The notes under the pieces are model-generated. The model did no database searches. It saw only the letters and a list, made by a program, of their open reading frames with translations, and had not been told where the DNA came from. From the NCBI RefSeq assembly GCF_963921235.1, contig NC_086098.1, positions 155,868,001-155,932,000 on the forward strand: a stretch of 64,000 nucleotides of DNA. Reading direction: 5' to 3'. This DNA is from Mobula hypostoma. Taxonomy: Eukaryota. The translations under genes and the position numbers were made by a program. Below, in pieces: positions 48,201-61,443 of this stretch (within the stretch, counting starts at the first letter, position 1; each line of letters opens with the position of its first letter).

Positions 48201-51200
48201 CCTGTATAGGACAGGCACGAGCTGCGTGGGTGATAGGAGACTCCCTAAGAGAAACATTGTCATTATGTTTGAAAAATAAAAATTCTCAATATCACCAAGT
48301 TACAACACCCCTCCCACCCCCAGCCCCACCCCCACCTCTGTATTCCAGTTGTTAGTATCTACATCGTACAGCAGGAAAGTCCAGGTAAGTTAGTTAGACT
48401 ACCTTTAGAGTTTTGTGTACAGTTCTGGTCACCAGACTACGAGAAGGAGCGGAGGCTGTGGAGAGAGTAGAGGAGCAGTTTATTAAGAAATCACTCTGAT
48501 TAGAGTGTATTAACCACCAGGGCAAGTAGGACAAATTTGGACTGTTCTTGCTGGAGCATCGGGGCTGAGAAGAAATCTGATAGAAATATGTAAAATTTTG
48601 AGAGCCTTGGGGAGTGTAAGTGGAGTCTTTTTCACAGGGTGGAAATGTCATCTACTAAAGGGCTTAGCTTTAATGCATATTAAGTGATTTTGCATGGTCT
48701 TAACTTAGATCATTTATTCCAAAGGTGATAAATTTTTATTAATAAGAATTATTAGAGATCAAGGCAGAGATGGGTAGTGTAGTAGTTAGCGCAACATTTA
48801 ACAGCGCCAGCTGTAAGATCAGGGTTCGATTCCTGTCGCTATTTGTAAGCACATTGTACAATTTCCCAGTGACTGTGTGGGTTTCTTCCACATGCTCTTG
48901 TTTCCTCCTACATTTCAAAGGTGTATAGTTATGGTTAGGGTTCGTAAGTTCTGGGCATGCTATGATGGAACTGGAAATGTTGCAACACTATCCTCCCTCA
49001 TTTGATTTGATTTGACATTTATTTCACTGTATGTTTCAATGTACATGTGACAATAAACCTAATCTCTCTCTCAGTGGAGTTCAGCCACTGATCAAGTATG
49101 ATCTCACTGAATCGTAAAATAGGGTTGGACAGTTAACTGAGTGACTCTGGTTCAGAGATCCCAAGCTCCTCCATTCAATAACTTATGGTCCTTCTGTCTC
49201 TTGATTCCATCTACATAACTTTTTAAAAATAAAGTTCCAAATTGATGTGTCTGCAAGATTCACAGAAGCAGATGCATTTTGATTTACAGGGCCGCAAAGG
49301 TAGGAATGAATTTCATCTGCTATTTTGTAAACTGGTTTGTAGCATTGGTGGTGTGGTTTCAATTTCAACATCTAAGAGAGTTTGGATGGCTACATGGATG
49401 GGAGGGATATGGAGGGTTATGGTCCAGGTTCAGGTCGATGGGAGTAGGCAGAATAATATTTTAGCATGTTCTGGATGGCCTGAAATTCTCTACGGCTCTC
49501 TGACAGTGGATGGGAAATAACTCTATGCCTCTGTATACCAAATCCATCAGTAAAATATTGCTACATGAGGGCTGGGCTTTATTTAGTCAACAGAATAAAT
49601 GGCTAAAATCATTAGTGGAACACTATACTGAGCAGATTCAGATCTATTTTATTATGTCCACACTCCATTGATAAAAAATGAAGTTAGATAGTCTTTATGC
49701 CATCATCTCACTGATGTATAACAATGATAACAACAGAACAAAACAGCTTGAAGCAACAATGTCAGTATGACCTATTGATTGTACTCATCAATCACTAAGA
49801 GCTCAGTAACCCTCCTTGACATCAGAGAACCAAATTATCTGATCTTTTGCTTTCAGAGAATGTCCATCACAGGCTTGAAAATACTCAGAGATTCACTCAG
49901 AATTAGAAAATCGCAAAATTCACTCTGTTTAAAGAATGTTCTCCTAATAGCTCTTCTTTAGTTCCTGCTTCTTCAGCAAGAGAAACCATATATTGTCAAC
50001 TTTTCTCAGAATCCTGCAAATCTCTAATATGATTCTTATCCAGTATTGAATAATGCTTTAATAACACTTGTGTAAGCTTTTAGATTTTAGTATCCCCTTT
50101 CGTAAGCATAAATTTGACCATTATCTAGTAACTGTCATGGGGCAGGTGAAAGTATTAGAATCTCTCTCTCTTGCTCATGCACTCTGTCTGTTGTCCCTAT
50201 CTCCGGTCTTGGTAATAGTTGCAACACAGCCTATGAGAAATTATAAAGTTCAAAGTACATTTATTATCAAAGTATGTGTACTTTATACAACCTTCAAGTT
50301 CGTCTCCTTACAAGCAGCCACAAAACAAAGAAACCCAATTGAACCCATTAAAAAAGATTACCATCAAACACCCAATGTGCAGAAAAACTAATTGTGCAAA
50401 CACTAAAAGTAATCAAATAACAAAAGTGAGTTCACATACATGAAGCCAATCATCACTGCAGCCAGTCCAGGAGCTGGTTAATTGCGCAGAGACAAGTAAA
50501 CTTTGTGGATCAGTGAGCTGAACCAGCCCATCCTTTGCCTTCAGCCCCAACACCCTGACCTTTTCAATCTGGCCCAGCACTTAACTGGGCCAAACAGCGG
50601 GTCATTTCTCATTCTTGGACCCAGGCCCTGCAGCTTCCATAAGCTCTTGGGCCCAGGCTGTGTCGACTCAATTCAGCCCATACCTGCCCTTTCTAATCTG
50701 GCCCAGTGCTTAAATCAGTCAAACATTGGCTTGTTCCTCACTCACAGTTCCCACTCACACAAAGAAATTGTCACTTTTTATACTCTTCAAGATCCCATCA
50801 AAAATCTATTATTTACCACAGTACTTTTCCAGACAAGCATATTCATCTGTGTCTTGTTGATCAGTGTGTGTGCCTTATTTTGTTTCTCTATTTATGTTCC
50901 CTCTATTATTTGTCTTTGCTCAGCCTTGAACCTACCTGCCCTATCAGTACTGATTCTCAAATCCTAGCCAGTGTTCTCTTCTAACCAATCCATAAGTGAA
51001 GACTCTTTGTTCAATTCAATCCTTGTCGCTGGTCTCCTCTACACTTTGGTGCAAGTCTAAGTCTCTCCTGGTAGTGCACTGGTTAAAGATACAGAATTTC
51101 ACCATTTCAAACCCAGCCTGGCAACCACCCCTTTATCGCAAGACTAAACCATTCATGGACTCAGCAGAGCATGAGCATCTCTGGTCAGCACTGGCTAGGT

Positions 51201-54200
51201 AGTCATGCTGAGCAGACATGGGCGTGTGCTCCAGCAGATCTTGGTGACCCTGCAGATGCTCACTAAGATCATCTGGCTGGGCCAGAAAGCCCCTGCTGCC
51301 ACCCTAACCCATCAGTCACTGCCAATGTAGAAGCATGTCCTGCTTACCCTGTTCTGGTCCCCAGACTTCCCATGATGGGAATCTGAACCTGCTGGCACCC
51401 CAGCGATGTGATGGCAACCCAGGGATATGTAGAAGATTTCTTACCCGATGTTCTCTGGCCTTCAAGCTGCAACTCACCAAGCTTCCTTCTGACCACTGCA
51501 AAGTGGCCTATATCTGGCAAAGCTCTCACCTGGGGTATGGTGATCTGGGAGAAGACCTCTCCAATTGTGTAGATGTATCGCTCTTCACCAGCGAGATGAA
51601 GAGGATGTTTGACCATCTGGTGAGTGCATGAGAGGTGGCCAGCTTTATCTGGGTACTGATAGCATGGCTGACTAAGCTATTGAGTTTGGCACCCGAGATA
51701 TAGAAAGTGATTAGCACCCTGAATCCCCTATAGCCATGTTCTACTGCTGATTATCAAGTGAAATTAAAGATGATACGATAGGGTCATTTAAGAGACTCCT
51801 GGACAGGTATATAGAGCTCAGCAAAATAGAGGGCTGTGGGTAACTCCAGGTAATTTCTAAGGTCAGGACATGTCTGGCACAGCTTTGTGGGCTGAAGGGC
51901 CTGTATTGTGCTGTAGGTTTTCAATGTTTCTATGAATTTGCAGCCAGAGACCCAGTTGATGATCTCAGTCCACCATCTGGGTTGATAATTTTCATCAGGA
52001 AAGAAGAGGGCCCCACAGTGAGTCCTCTATAGTTGCCAGTCTCTGAGTCCCTCCTGCCTCATTGTCCTCTATAGTTGCCAGTCTCTGAGCTCCTCCAGCC
52101 TCATTGCCCTCCCTGTGGCCATGCTCACCTCCCCCAGCTCCCCTAGCTCCCCTCAACCTCTTCCAGAGGGGCAGATACATCCAGGCAGACCTGACTTCTC
52201 AGCTGAACAGGACTGGGAAATGAAGGGAATGTGCTGCATCTACTACGGTAAGTTATTCTGCCTGTTCTCAGTTATCAGGAAACATCCAGACCTGTCCAGG
52301 GAAGGGATGCCTGTGACGGGTTCCACCATTCCTCCCAGGTCTGGTACTTCTGGGTTGCGCTGTCTACTGACTTCATTTCCTGGGGTGAACAATAACATGC
52401 CCTGACAGCCTTTGTGGATTCATGCACAGCTGGCAATTTCATGAACCTCAGGTTAGCAAGACACCTCCAATTTCCTCTGGCCCATATCAACCAAATGGTC
52501 ATGGCCATCCATGGCTCTGGATGGAAGACCTCTGGGCCCTGGGATCTGCCACTCACTGTTCCCAACTGTCTACATATAGAAAAGCATACCAACAGTATCT
52601 GGCTTAATGTTATTCATTCCCTTGAGTTCCCATTGATCTTAGGACACTCCTGTTTAGACCTCCACAATCAACAAATAGACTGGTGCAGTCCATGAACGGT
52701 CTTCTCCTTTGTCTACCACCCTCTTCCAGGCTGCCTCCTGTCTTTCCCAAGTACCTCCCAAGTATGTAAATTTCCCAACGATCTTTCGTAAGAAAAGGCA
52801 ACAACACTCTTGCCTCATCATACCCATGACTGCGCAATTGAATTCCTGCCTGAAACATGTTCACCCCGATGAAGACTTTACTCCCTGTCAGTTCCAAAAA
52901 GGGAGGTTATCTGTGATGCCCTAGCACCTAGTTTCATCTGCCCCTCCACATCCCCTTCTGGGAGGTGCTTCTTCTTTGTGACGAGAAAGGATGGCGGCCA
53001 TCAGCCACATATAGATTATTGAGGCCTCAATAGGATCACCGGTACCACTACCCACTGATGGCTTTCGAGCTGGCAAAATTAAGTGGTATTAGATGGCAAC
53101 CATCTTTACTGAACTGGACTTCTGAAATGCATACAACCTGGTCCACATTCAGGAAGGTGAGAGATGGAAGAACACTTTTAACACCCTCTCTAGCCATTTA
53201 AGTTAGTCATTGCCCCTACAACCTTCCAGGCTCTTGCAAGTAACGTTCTCCAAGAGATTCTACATCACTTTGCATATATATAGATATACTCATCTTTTCC
53301 AAGACTTATCACGAACACATTGAACATGATTGAAGGGTCCTTCAATACTCCAGAACCAGCTAATTTCAAGCAGGAGAAGAGTGAGTTCCACATTTCCACA
53401 GTTTAATACTGGGCAGCAGGGTAGCATAGTGGTTAGCACAACACTAAGTACAGGCCACCCAGGTTCAATACCTGCCACTGCCTGTAAGGAATTAGTACGT
53501 TCTCCCCGTGACCACATGGGTTTCCTCCAGGTCCATAAGACCATAAGACTTAGGAGCAGAATTAGGCCATTTGGCCCATTGAGTCTGCTCTGCCATTCAA
53601 TAATGACTGATCCTTTTAGGATGGCCCCACCTCAGTCCCACTATCCCCGGCCTTCTCCTCGTAACCTGTGATGCCGTGTCCAATCAAGAACCTATCAACC
53701 TAGACTTAAATACACGCAACGACCTAGCTTCTACAGTTGCCTGTGGTGATAAATTCGACAAATTCACCACCCTCTGGCTGAAGAAATTTTTCTGCATATC
53801 TGTTTTAAATAGACACCCCTCTATCCTGAGCCAATGCCCTTTTGTCCTAGACTCCCCCACCATGGGAAACATCCTTTCCACATCTACCATGTCTAGGCCT
53901 TTCAACGTTCAGAAGGTTTCCATGAGATTTCCCTCTCATTCTTCTAAATTCCATATGTTCCTCCTGTGATAACCCTTTCATTCCTGGAATCAGAGTCCCA
54001 GAACTCTTTGGTTTCTTCCCACAGTCCAAAGACCTACTGGTTAGTAGGTTAATTGGTCATTGTAAATTGTCCCATGATTAGGTCAGGATTAAATTGCAAG
54101 ATTGTTGAGCAGTGCAGCTGGAAGGGTTGGAAGGCCCTATTCCACACTGTATCTCAATAAATAAAATAAATAATCTCAAAGGAAAACCTGCAGATGGACC

Positions 54201-54629
54201 CCAGCAAGACCCAAGCCATTAAGGATTGGCTGCTGCCCACCACAATCAAGCAGCTTCAGTGGTTTCTGGGCTTCACACGTTTTTACCAGAGGTTCATCTG
54301 CAACTTCAGTTCCATCACAGCATCCCATACTGCTCTGACAAAGGAAACTCTGACCCATTTTGCTGGACCATAGAAGCCAAGGTGGCTTTTCAGGAATTGA
54401 AGCATCACTTTGCAACAGCTTCCATCCTTGTTCTACCTGACCCAGAGCTGCCATTCATTGTTTAAAAGATTCAAGATTGTTCATTCTCATTTCATATTTT
54501 ATCTATTTATTGAGATACAGCATGGAATAGGCCCTTCCAACCCTTTGAGCTGTGCTGCTCAGCAACCACCAATTTAACCCAAGCCTAACGGTAGGACAAT
54601 TTACAATGACCAATTAGCCTACTAACCAC

Positions 54630-55500
54630 AATCAATGTGGAGCTTGTCAACTTCATCACCTTTGCGTCCAACTTTTACCGTGCCTTCATGTTTACTTGGT
54701 CCATTTCTGACACCTCACTCCCCTTTCTCAATCTCTCTGTCTCTATCTCTGGAGACAGTTTATCTACTGATATCTATTATAAACCAACGGACTCTCACAG
54801 CTACCTGGACTATACCTCTTCCCAACCTGTTACTTGTAAAAATGCCATCCCCTTCTCTCACTGAAGCTTTTCATTCTACAATGAAGGAGATATCCTCCTC
54901 CTTCAAAGAAAGGGACTTCCCTTCCTCCACCATCATTGCTGACCTCAACTGCATCTCTTCCATTCCACGCATGTCTACTTTTACCCCATCCTCCTGCCAC
55001 TCGACAAGAGATAGGGTTTCTCTTGTCCTCACCTACACCCCACCAGCCTCCGCATCCAGTACATAATTCTCTGTAACTTCTGCCATCTCCAACAGGATTC
55101 CATCACAAAGCACATCTTTCCCTCCCCCCATTTTCTGCTTTCCCTCCCCCCATTTTCTGCTTTCCACAGGGATTGCTCCCTATGTAGCTCCCTTGTCCAT
55201 TCATCCCTCCCCACTGATCTCCCTCCTGGCACTTATCCTTGCAAGTGGAACAAGTGCTACACCTGCCCCTACACCCTTCCCTCACTACCATTCAGGGACC
55301 CAAGCAGACCTTCCAGGTGAGGCAACATTTCACCTGTGAATCTTTTGAGGTCATTGACTGTGTGCAGTGCTCCTGGTCTGTCCTCCTGTATATGGGTGAG
55401 ACCCGACACAGGTTGGGAGACTGCTTCGCCGAGCACCTATGCTCCATCTGCTAGAAAAAGTGGGATCTCCCGGTGGGTACCCATTTTAATTTCACTTCCA
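54630..55500 (+). mobile_element. Penelope-like element fragment (RT C-term + GIY-YIG endonuclease)
   Basis: LPFLNLSVSISGDSLSTDIYYKPTDSHSYLDYTSS..CKNAIPFS and VIDCVQC..LYMGETRHRLGDCFAEHL..PVGTHFN. Confidence 0.88.
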
Positions 55501-55504
55501 TTTT

Positions 55505-56720
55505 AATTCTGATTGAATTTTTTGAGGATGTGTCTAAACACATCGATGAAGGTAGAGCCGTAGATGTAGTGTATATGGATTTCAGCAAGGCATTTGATAA
55601 GGTGCCTCATGCAAGGCTTATTGAGAAAGTAAGGAGGAATGGGATCCAAGGGGACATTGCTTTGTGGATCCAGAAATGGCTTGCCCACAGAAGGCAAAGA
55701 GTGGTTGTAGACAGGTCATATTCTGCATGGAGGCCGGTGACCAGCAGTGTGCCTCAAGGATCTGTTCTGGGACCCCTGCTCTTTGTGATTTTTATAAATG
55801 ACCTGGATGAGGAAGTGGAGGGATGGGTTAGTAAACTTGCTGATGGCACAAAGGTTGGGGGTGTTGTGGATATTGTGGAGGGCTGTTACAGGTTACAGCA
55901 GGACATTGATAGGATGCAAAACTGGGCTGAGAAGTGGCAGATGGAGTTCAACCCAGGTAAGTGTGAGGTGGTTCATTTTGGTAGGTCAAATGTGATGGCA
56001 AAATAATGGTAAGACTCTTGGCAGTGTGGAGGATCAGAGGGATCTTGGGGTCCGAGTCCATAGAACACTCAAGGCTGCTGCACAGGTTGACTCTGTGGTT
56101 AAGAAGGCATATGGTGCATTGGCCTTCATCAACCGTGGGATTGAGTTTAAGAGCCGAGAGGTAAGTTGCAGCTATATAGGACCCTACTTGGAGTACTGTG
56201 CTCAATTCTGATTGCCTCACTACAGAAGGATGTGGAAAGGGTGCAGAGGAGATTTACAAGGATGTTGCCTGGATTGGGGGGCATGGCTTCTGAGAATAGG
56301 TTGAGTGAACTCAGCCTTTTCTCCTTGGAGCAACGGGGGATGAGAGGTGACCTGATAGAGGTGTATAAAATGATGAGAGGCATTAATTGTGTGGATAGTC
56401 AGAGGCTTTTTCCCATGACTGAAATGGTTAGCACAAAAGGGCATAGTTTTAAGGTGCTTGGAAGGAGGCACAGAGGAGATGTTAAGGGGAAGTTTTTTTA
56501 CGCAGAGAGTGGTGAGTGCATGGAATGGGCTGCCGGTGGCGGCGGTGGAGGCGGATATGAAAGGGTCTTTTAAGAGTCTCCTGGATAGGTACATGGAACT
56601 TAGGAAAATTGAGGGCTATAGGTAAAGCCTAGGTAGTTCTAAGGTAAGGACAATTTGGCACAGCTTTGTGGGCCGAAGGGCCTGTATTGTGCTGTAGGTT
56701 TTCTATATTTCTATGTTTCT
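55505..56720 (+). mobile_element. 5'-truncated CR1
   Basis: ORF 55473-56006 RT motifs and ttcta tail. Confidence 0.92.
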
Positions 56721-58295
56721 AATCAGTGGTTTTGGTAGCCGGGAATGGATGGGGCTATCAAAGGAAATGAGGCAGCTTGTTGCATCTGCGTCCAGAAAAA
56801 GGAACCCAGATCACATCCACAGCAGCTGCAGAACCCACTGCCAGTTTTTATTTATTTAATGAGATACAGCACAGAACAGGCCCCTCCAGTCCTTCGAGCT
56901 GCACCACCCAGCAATCCTCAATATAACCCTAGCCTAATCACAGGTTGCTTTACAATGACTAATTAACTGACCAAACAGTATGTCTTTGGACTGCCGGAGA
57001 AAAGTGGAGCAGCCAGAGAAATCCAATGCATTCACGGGGAGAACAGACAAACTGCTTACAGGCAGCAGTGGGAATCGAACCCAGTCGCTGATACTGCAAA
57101 GCGTCGTTCTATCCACTACACCAGTGTGCTCCAATTCCTTCCCATCCCTGGTCCCAGTCTCCATGGACTTCATTACCGGTCTGCCACCATGGTGAGGTAA
57201 CACTGTGATAATGGTGTTGGTGGACTGGCTCTTGCACCCCTACCCAAGCTTCCCTCAGCTTGGGAGACAGCCAACCCAGCGCTGCAACATTTGCTTGAAG
57301 TGTATGGCTTTCCCCAGGACGTTGTTTCTAACCGAGGGCTTCAGTTTACCTCCCGGTTCTGGAAATCCTTCTGTTGGATCATTGGAGCTATGGTCAGTCT
57401 CTCATCAAGATTTCACCCCCAGTCCAATGGGCTGATGGAGAGGACCAACCAGGACCTGGAGAAGGTCCTGAGATACCTTGTGTCAGGCAACCCAACCACC
57501 TGAGCGGTCACCTGCTCTGGGCAAAGTTTGCTCATAACAGTCTCACTGCTCTTCTAGGATATGTCTTCCTTGGAGTGTCAGTTTGGTTATCCCCCCCCCC
57601 CCCGGGTTTCCCGGGTAGGAGTCCAAGGAGGGAGTCCCATCTTCTCAACAGCTGGTCCATCGTTGCTAGCAACTAAGTTTGCACTGAAATACACTATTTC
57701 CATCAAACCCATCTCATGCATTATTCTTAATATCACACTCTGAATGAAGCTGACATCCAGAGAACCATGAATAATGCACTCTTTGCGGTCGGAGGTCGGG
57801 GGATGTTGGAATTTTATATAATGTTCTCTTTTGAGGGGAAAACTGAAGAATAATGATAAATCATTCCAAGCAAGAATGTTTTTCAACAGAATTCCAATCT
57901 GCACAACCTGTCCTCCCAACACATGCAATAAATTATTTAAAACTAAACCTAGTTCCTATTCAACTACCATTTATTTATTTTGTACTTTATAATAATGTTA
58001 TATCTTTGCACTGTACTGCCACCACAAAATTTTAAATTTCACATCATAAAAGACAGTGATAATAAGGCGCTCATGACAGGGAGATTCTGAAGTACAGCCT
58101 CCCAATGCTTGCACTTCGAAAACAGGCTAATTCCTCTCTGTACCTGGAGTCAGGACGTAGATGAGGTTATGTTTGGAATGATAGAAGATTATAGGTCTCA
58201 TTGTAGTTAGAAGGTTGGCCATTTAGATAGCATAGTTCAGAGAAAACCACATCAGTGAAGGTTATTCAGTAAATAGGTAAGAACATGCAATTAAG

Positions 58296-59103
58296 TGGAA
58301 ATGTGCATTGCAATCGAATATGATCAGAGTAAGAAAACATACCTCTAATTAAGAAAGGTATGTGGAAAACTGAGATTGGTCAGCAGAATATTGAGTGTGG
58401 AAGTACACTTAACATCATCAGAGAGTGCAAAACATGGGAAAATAGTGCTTGGTCAGTGAGAATCTGACTGAAAAAATGAGGAAATTAATTTTCAAGGTGT
58501 GAATTTACTGTACTCTATTGAAGTCTGTTTTTTTTTGTTCCACAGTCAAAGAATTGTCAGCAGATTTAAATGAATATTCCACAGTCATAATGAATTCCAT
58601 AAGGGCACATATGGTGACAGTGACACAGTCCCTTTATTTGCCTTTTGGATTTAGTGTGTCAGATGTCAAGCTTAAAACCTTTTCAAAAGAACAATGACAT
58701 TAATGTGCATATCTCGTTGAATATACAATCATCCATTTGTGTTTCTTCGGACTTAGTCTTGAGATTATCTGACAAAATACAAAAACTGGGAGAACTGAAT
58801 TCAAAACTGAAAGCAATGTTACAGCCCCAGGGTAAGAAAACGGTAATTACTTACCTGGTGAGTAAACAGGTGAGTAAATGCCATGTGGATGGGGCTGTGT
58901 TGAGAAGCCATCTCAGCAGAGGCTAGGGTTCTGCCACAGAAGAGTCAGGGAGGACTCCAAGTGCTGCTGTAAAACACTTACAGGTAACTGAATTCAGAAA
59001 AAGGTAAAATTAAGGAGACGTACTGGAAATGTGCATTGCAATCGAATATGATCAGAGGAAGAAAACATATCTTTAATTAAATTAAGAAGATATGTGGAAA
59101 ACA
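58296..59103. repeat. Pair of ~80-bp direct repeats 728 bp apart in unique AT-rich DNA
   Basis: tggaaatgtgcattgcaatcgaatatgatcagag (34 nt) is identical at 58296 and 59024, with continued similarity beyond. Confidence 0.9.
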
Positions 59104-59794
59104 CACTGACTAGTAATGTTAATAAAGTTTTATAGTCAAGAATCACTGCCCAGAATATTGGATGATATACATTTCAAGCGGTATCAATTTTCATTGACTA
59201 AGAACAGCTTTAAAAATGCAGAGACAATGCCATTTAAAACCATCATATCTTGCGGTGGTTTACAATGAAACAGAATGCATGTGAAATATACATTACTTTA
59301 TGCTCTTTTGTCTCCAAGTGTAATAATAGATCTACATAAATGTTCACGTATTTCACCAGCCCTTCTGTTTGAAAATGTGTTTGCCCAATTGTTTGAACTG
59401 TTTAAAGAAATACTTGTGTGCCTTATAACTTTTTATTGAATGATTGATTAGTTTAGTCTCTTCCTCTGGTCAAAGTAAATGGTAAGTGAATAAATACCGC
59501 AAGCATCCAAATTGTTTATTGCAGTGTTTTTTAAAGTTATTTCTTAATCTATTAATTAGTTTCAAAAAATCTGTTTCCGTGTAAGTAATGTTGCTGATAT
59601 CACCCATGATCACTGTGCTTTGCTGCGGAGCATATCAGGAGTGCCCAGTCCATAAGACTGGAGGGATAATTTCATGTCAAAAGTAGTGAGAGGACTTAAT
59701 AAACCTATGCAAAATGTTACTTTAGTCACGGAAAGAAATATGAGACATGATATCCAGAAAATAGGGAAGAGTGCATAAATTCCATTCCAGTTAT

Positions 59795-60305
59795 CCTGGA
59801 GTATTGTGTGCAGTTTTGGTCCCCTAATCTGAGGAAAGACATCTTTGCCATAGATGGAGTACAAAGAAGGTTCACCAGATTGATTCCTGGGATGGCAGGT
59901 CTTTCATATGAAGAAAGACTGGATGAACTGGGCTTGTACTCGTTGGAATTTAGAAGATTGAGGGGGGATCTGATTGAAACGTATAAGATCCTAAAGGGAT
60001 TGGACAGGCTAGATGCGGGAGGATTGTTCCCGATGTTGGGGAGGTCCAGAACGAGGGGTCACAGTTTGAGGATAGAGGGGAAGCCTTTTAGGACCGAGAT
60101 TAGGAAAACTGTTGAGGCCAGTTCATTGGCTATGTTTAAGAGGGAGTTAGATATGGCCCTTGTGGCTACAGGGGTCAGGGGGTATGGAGGGAAGGCTGGG
60201 TTCTGAGTTGGATGATCAGCCATGATCATAATAAATGGTGGTGCAGGCTCGAAGGGCCGAATGGCCTACTCCTGCACCTATTTTCTATGTTTCTATGTTT
60301 CTATG
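59795..60305 (+). mobile_element. Young CR1 3' fragment with small internal deletion
   Basis: ORF 59808-60206 is nearly identical to 26240-26806 but lacks the ~50-nt FFTQRVVNLWNSLP segment. Confidence 0.93.
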
Positions 60306-61443
60306 TTATTGTCCCATCTTCTCACTATAATTCCAATTACATATCTTGCCTTGGAATGGCCATGAAAGCTCAACGTTGATATGTTCCCTTCAAATAGTGG
60401 AAAATCCTGTTTCCTGAATGAGGAATAAATTTGTGAGATTCCATACGCACATCTGAGTCTTTGTCTCCGAGCACTTATGTTAAAATAGTTTTTAAAAGTG
60501 TATATTATTTAGACTCTATTAAGGCATTTGACAAAATCCCACTGGTTCAAAAATTTAAAGCCCATGAGATGCAAGGTAAAGATGGCATATTGAATTGAAT
60601 CGGACAGTGGAAGAGAGTAAAAAATGAATTAGTTCAATTGACAGGAAGGATATGCACTAGGTTCCAGTGGAATTCAGTGCGTCTGCTATGGCACCCACAG
60701 TTAACTTAGATTTAAATAGAGGAACAACGATTCAAGATGTTCGCAGGTGATACCAAAATTTGTAGTGTTAATAGAGAGGACGGGAGTTTAAGGCTACAGG
60801 AATGCATCAATGGGCAGTCAATAAAGTGGCATTTAAAACCCAGTGCAGAAGAAATTGAGGCAGTGTATCTTGAAGTGTCAGCAAATCCGGAACATGGTTA
60901 ATGGGTCCCACAGGCAGTTGAGGAAAGAGCGACAGCAGGTGGTTTGTTACAGAAGTATTCTGGCAGACTCTGTGTGCGGCCTCCAATGTTTACTCAGCCG
61001 ATTTTGGTTCTGGACGTAGACGTTTTTCTTGGGCTTTTGCAGTCCAGAATCTGAGAGATAGTCTCCAGGATCCTGATTGACAGCTGGAGGGAAATGACCA
61101 CTAAGGCCATGGGCAGCGCAGGGCACAAAGACGTTGTACATTCAAATCACAGATCCAGATTCATTTACTTATCACATATACATCAAAACATACCGTGAAA
61201 TTCGTTAAGGCGCGTGAGCTGTGTGCGGTGTGAGAGGCCAAGTTGATCTGACTGTTAGTGGTCCTGGGTCATCCAACCTGTGACACCCCTGCTCCCTTTG
61301 ACGAAGTGGGAATCAACTTTTGGTGGAAAGGAAGGGGGTCTGGACGTTTGCCGGAGACGGAGAGGGTATTAATGGTGAGAGAGGAAAGAACAGAAAGATG
61401 CAGATTCGCTCACCCGTGCTCTGTCGCCCAGTCTTGCTTGCAG

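Larger units (their letters stand above)
51155..57680 (+). mobile_element. Highly degenerate Ty3/Gypsy (sushi-like) LTR retrotransposon fragmented by later insertions
   Basis: gag MDSA..PQRCDGNPGICRRFLTRCSLAF (51155-51630). Protease ILGHSCLDLHNQQIDW (about 52620-52690). RT (about 52900-53400). MDPSKTQAIKDW..QWFLGFTRFYQRFI (54180-54465). Integrase SMDFITGLP..GFPQDVVSNRGLQFTSRFW..HPQSNGLMERTNQ (57130-57560). LTRs not identified. Confidence 0.88.
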
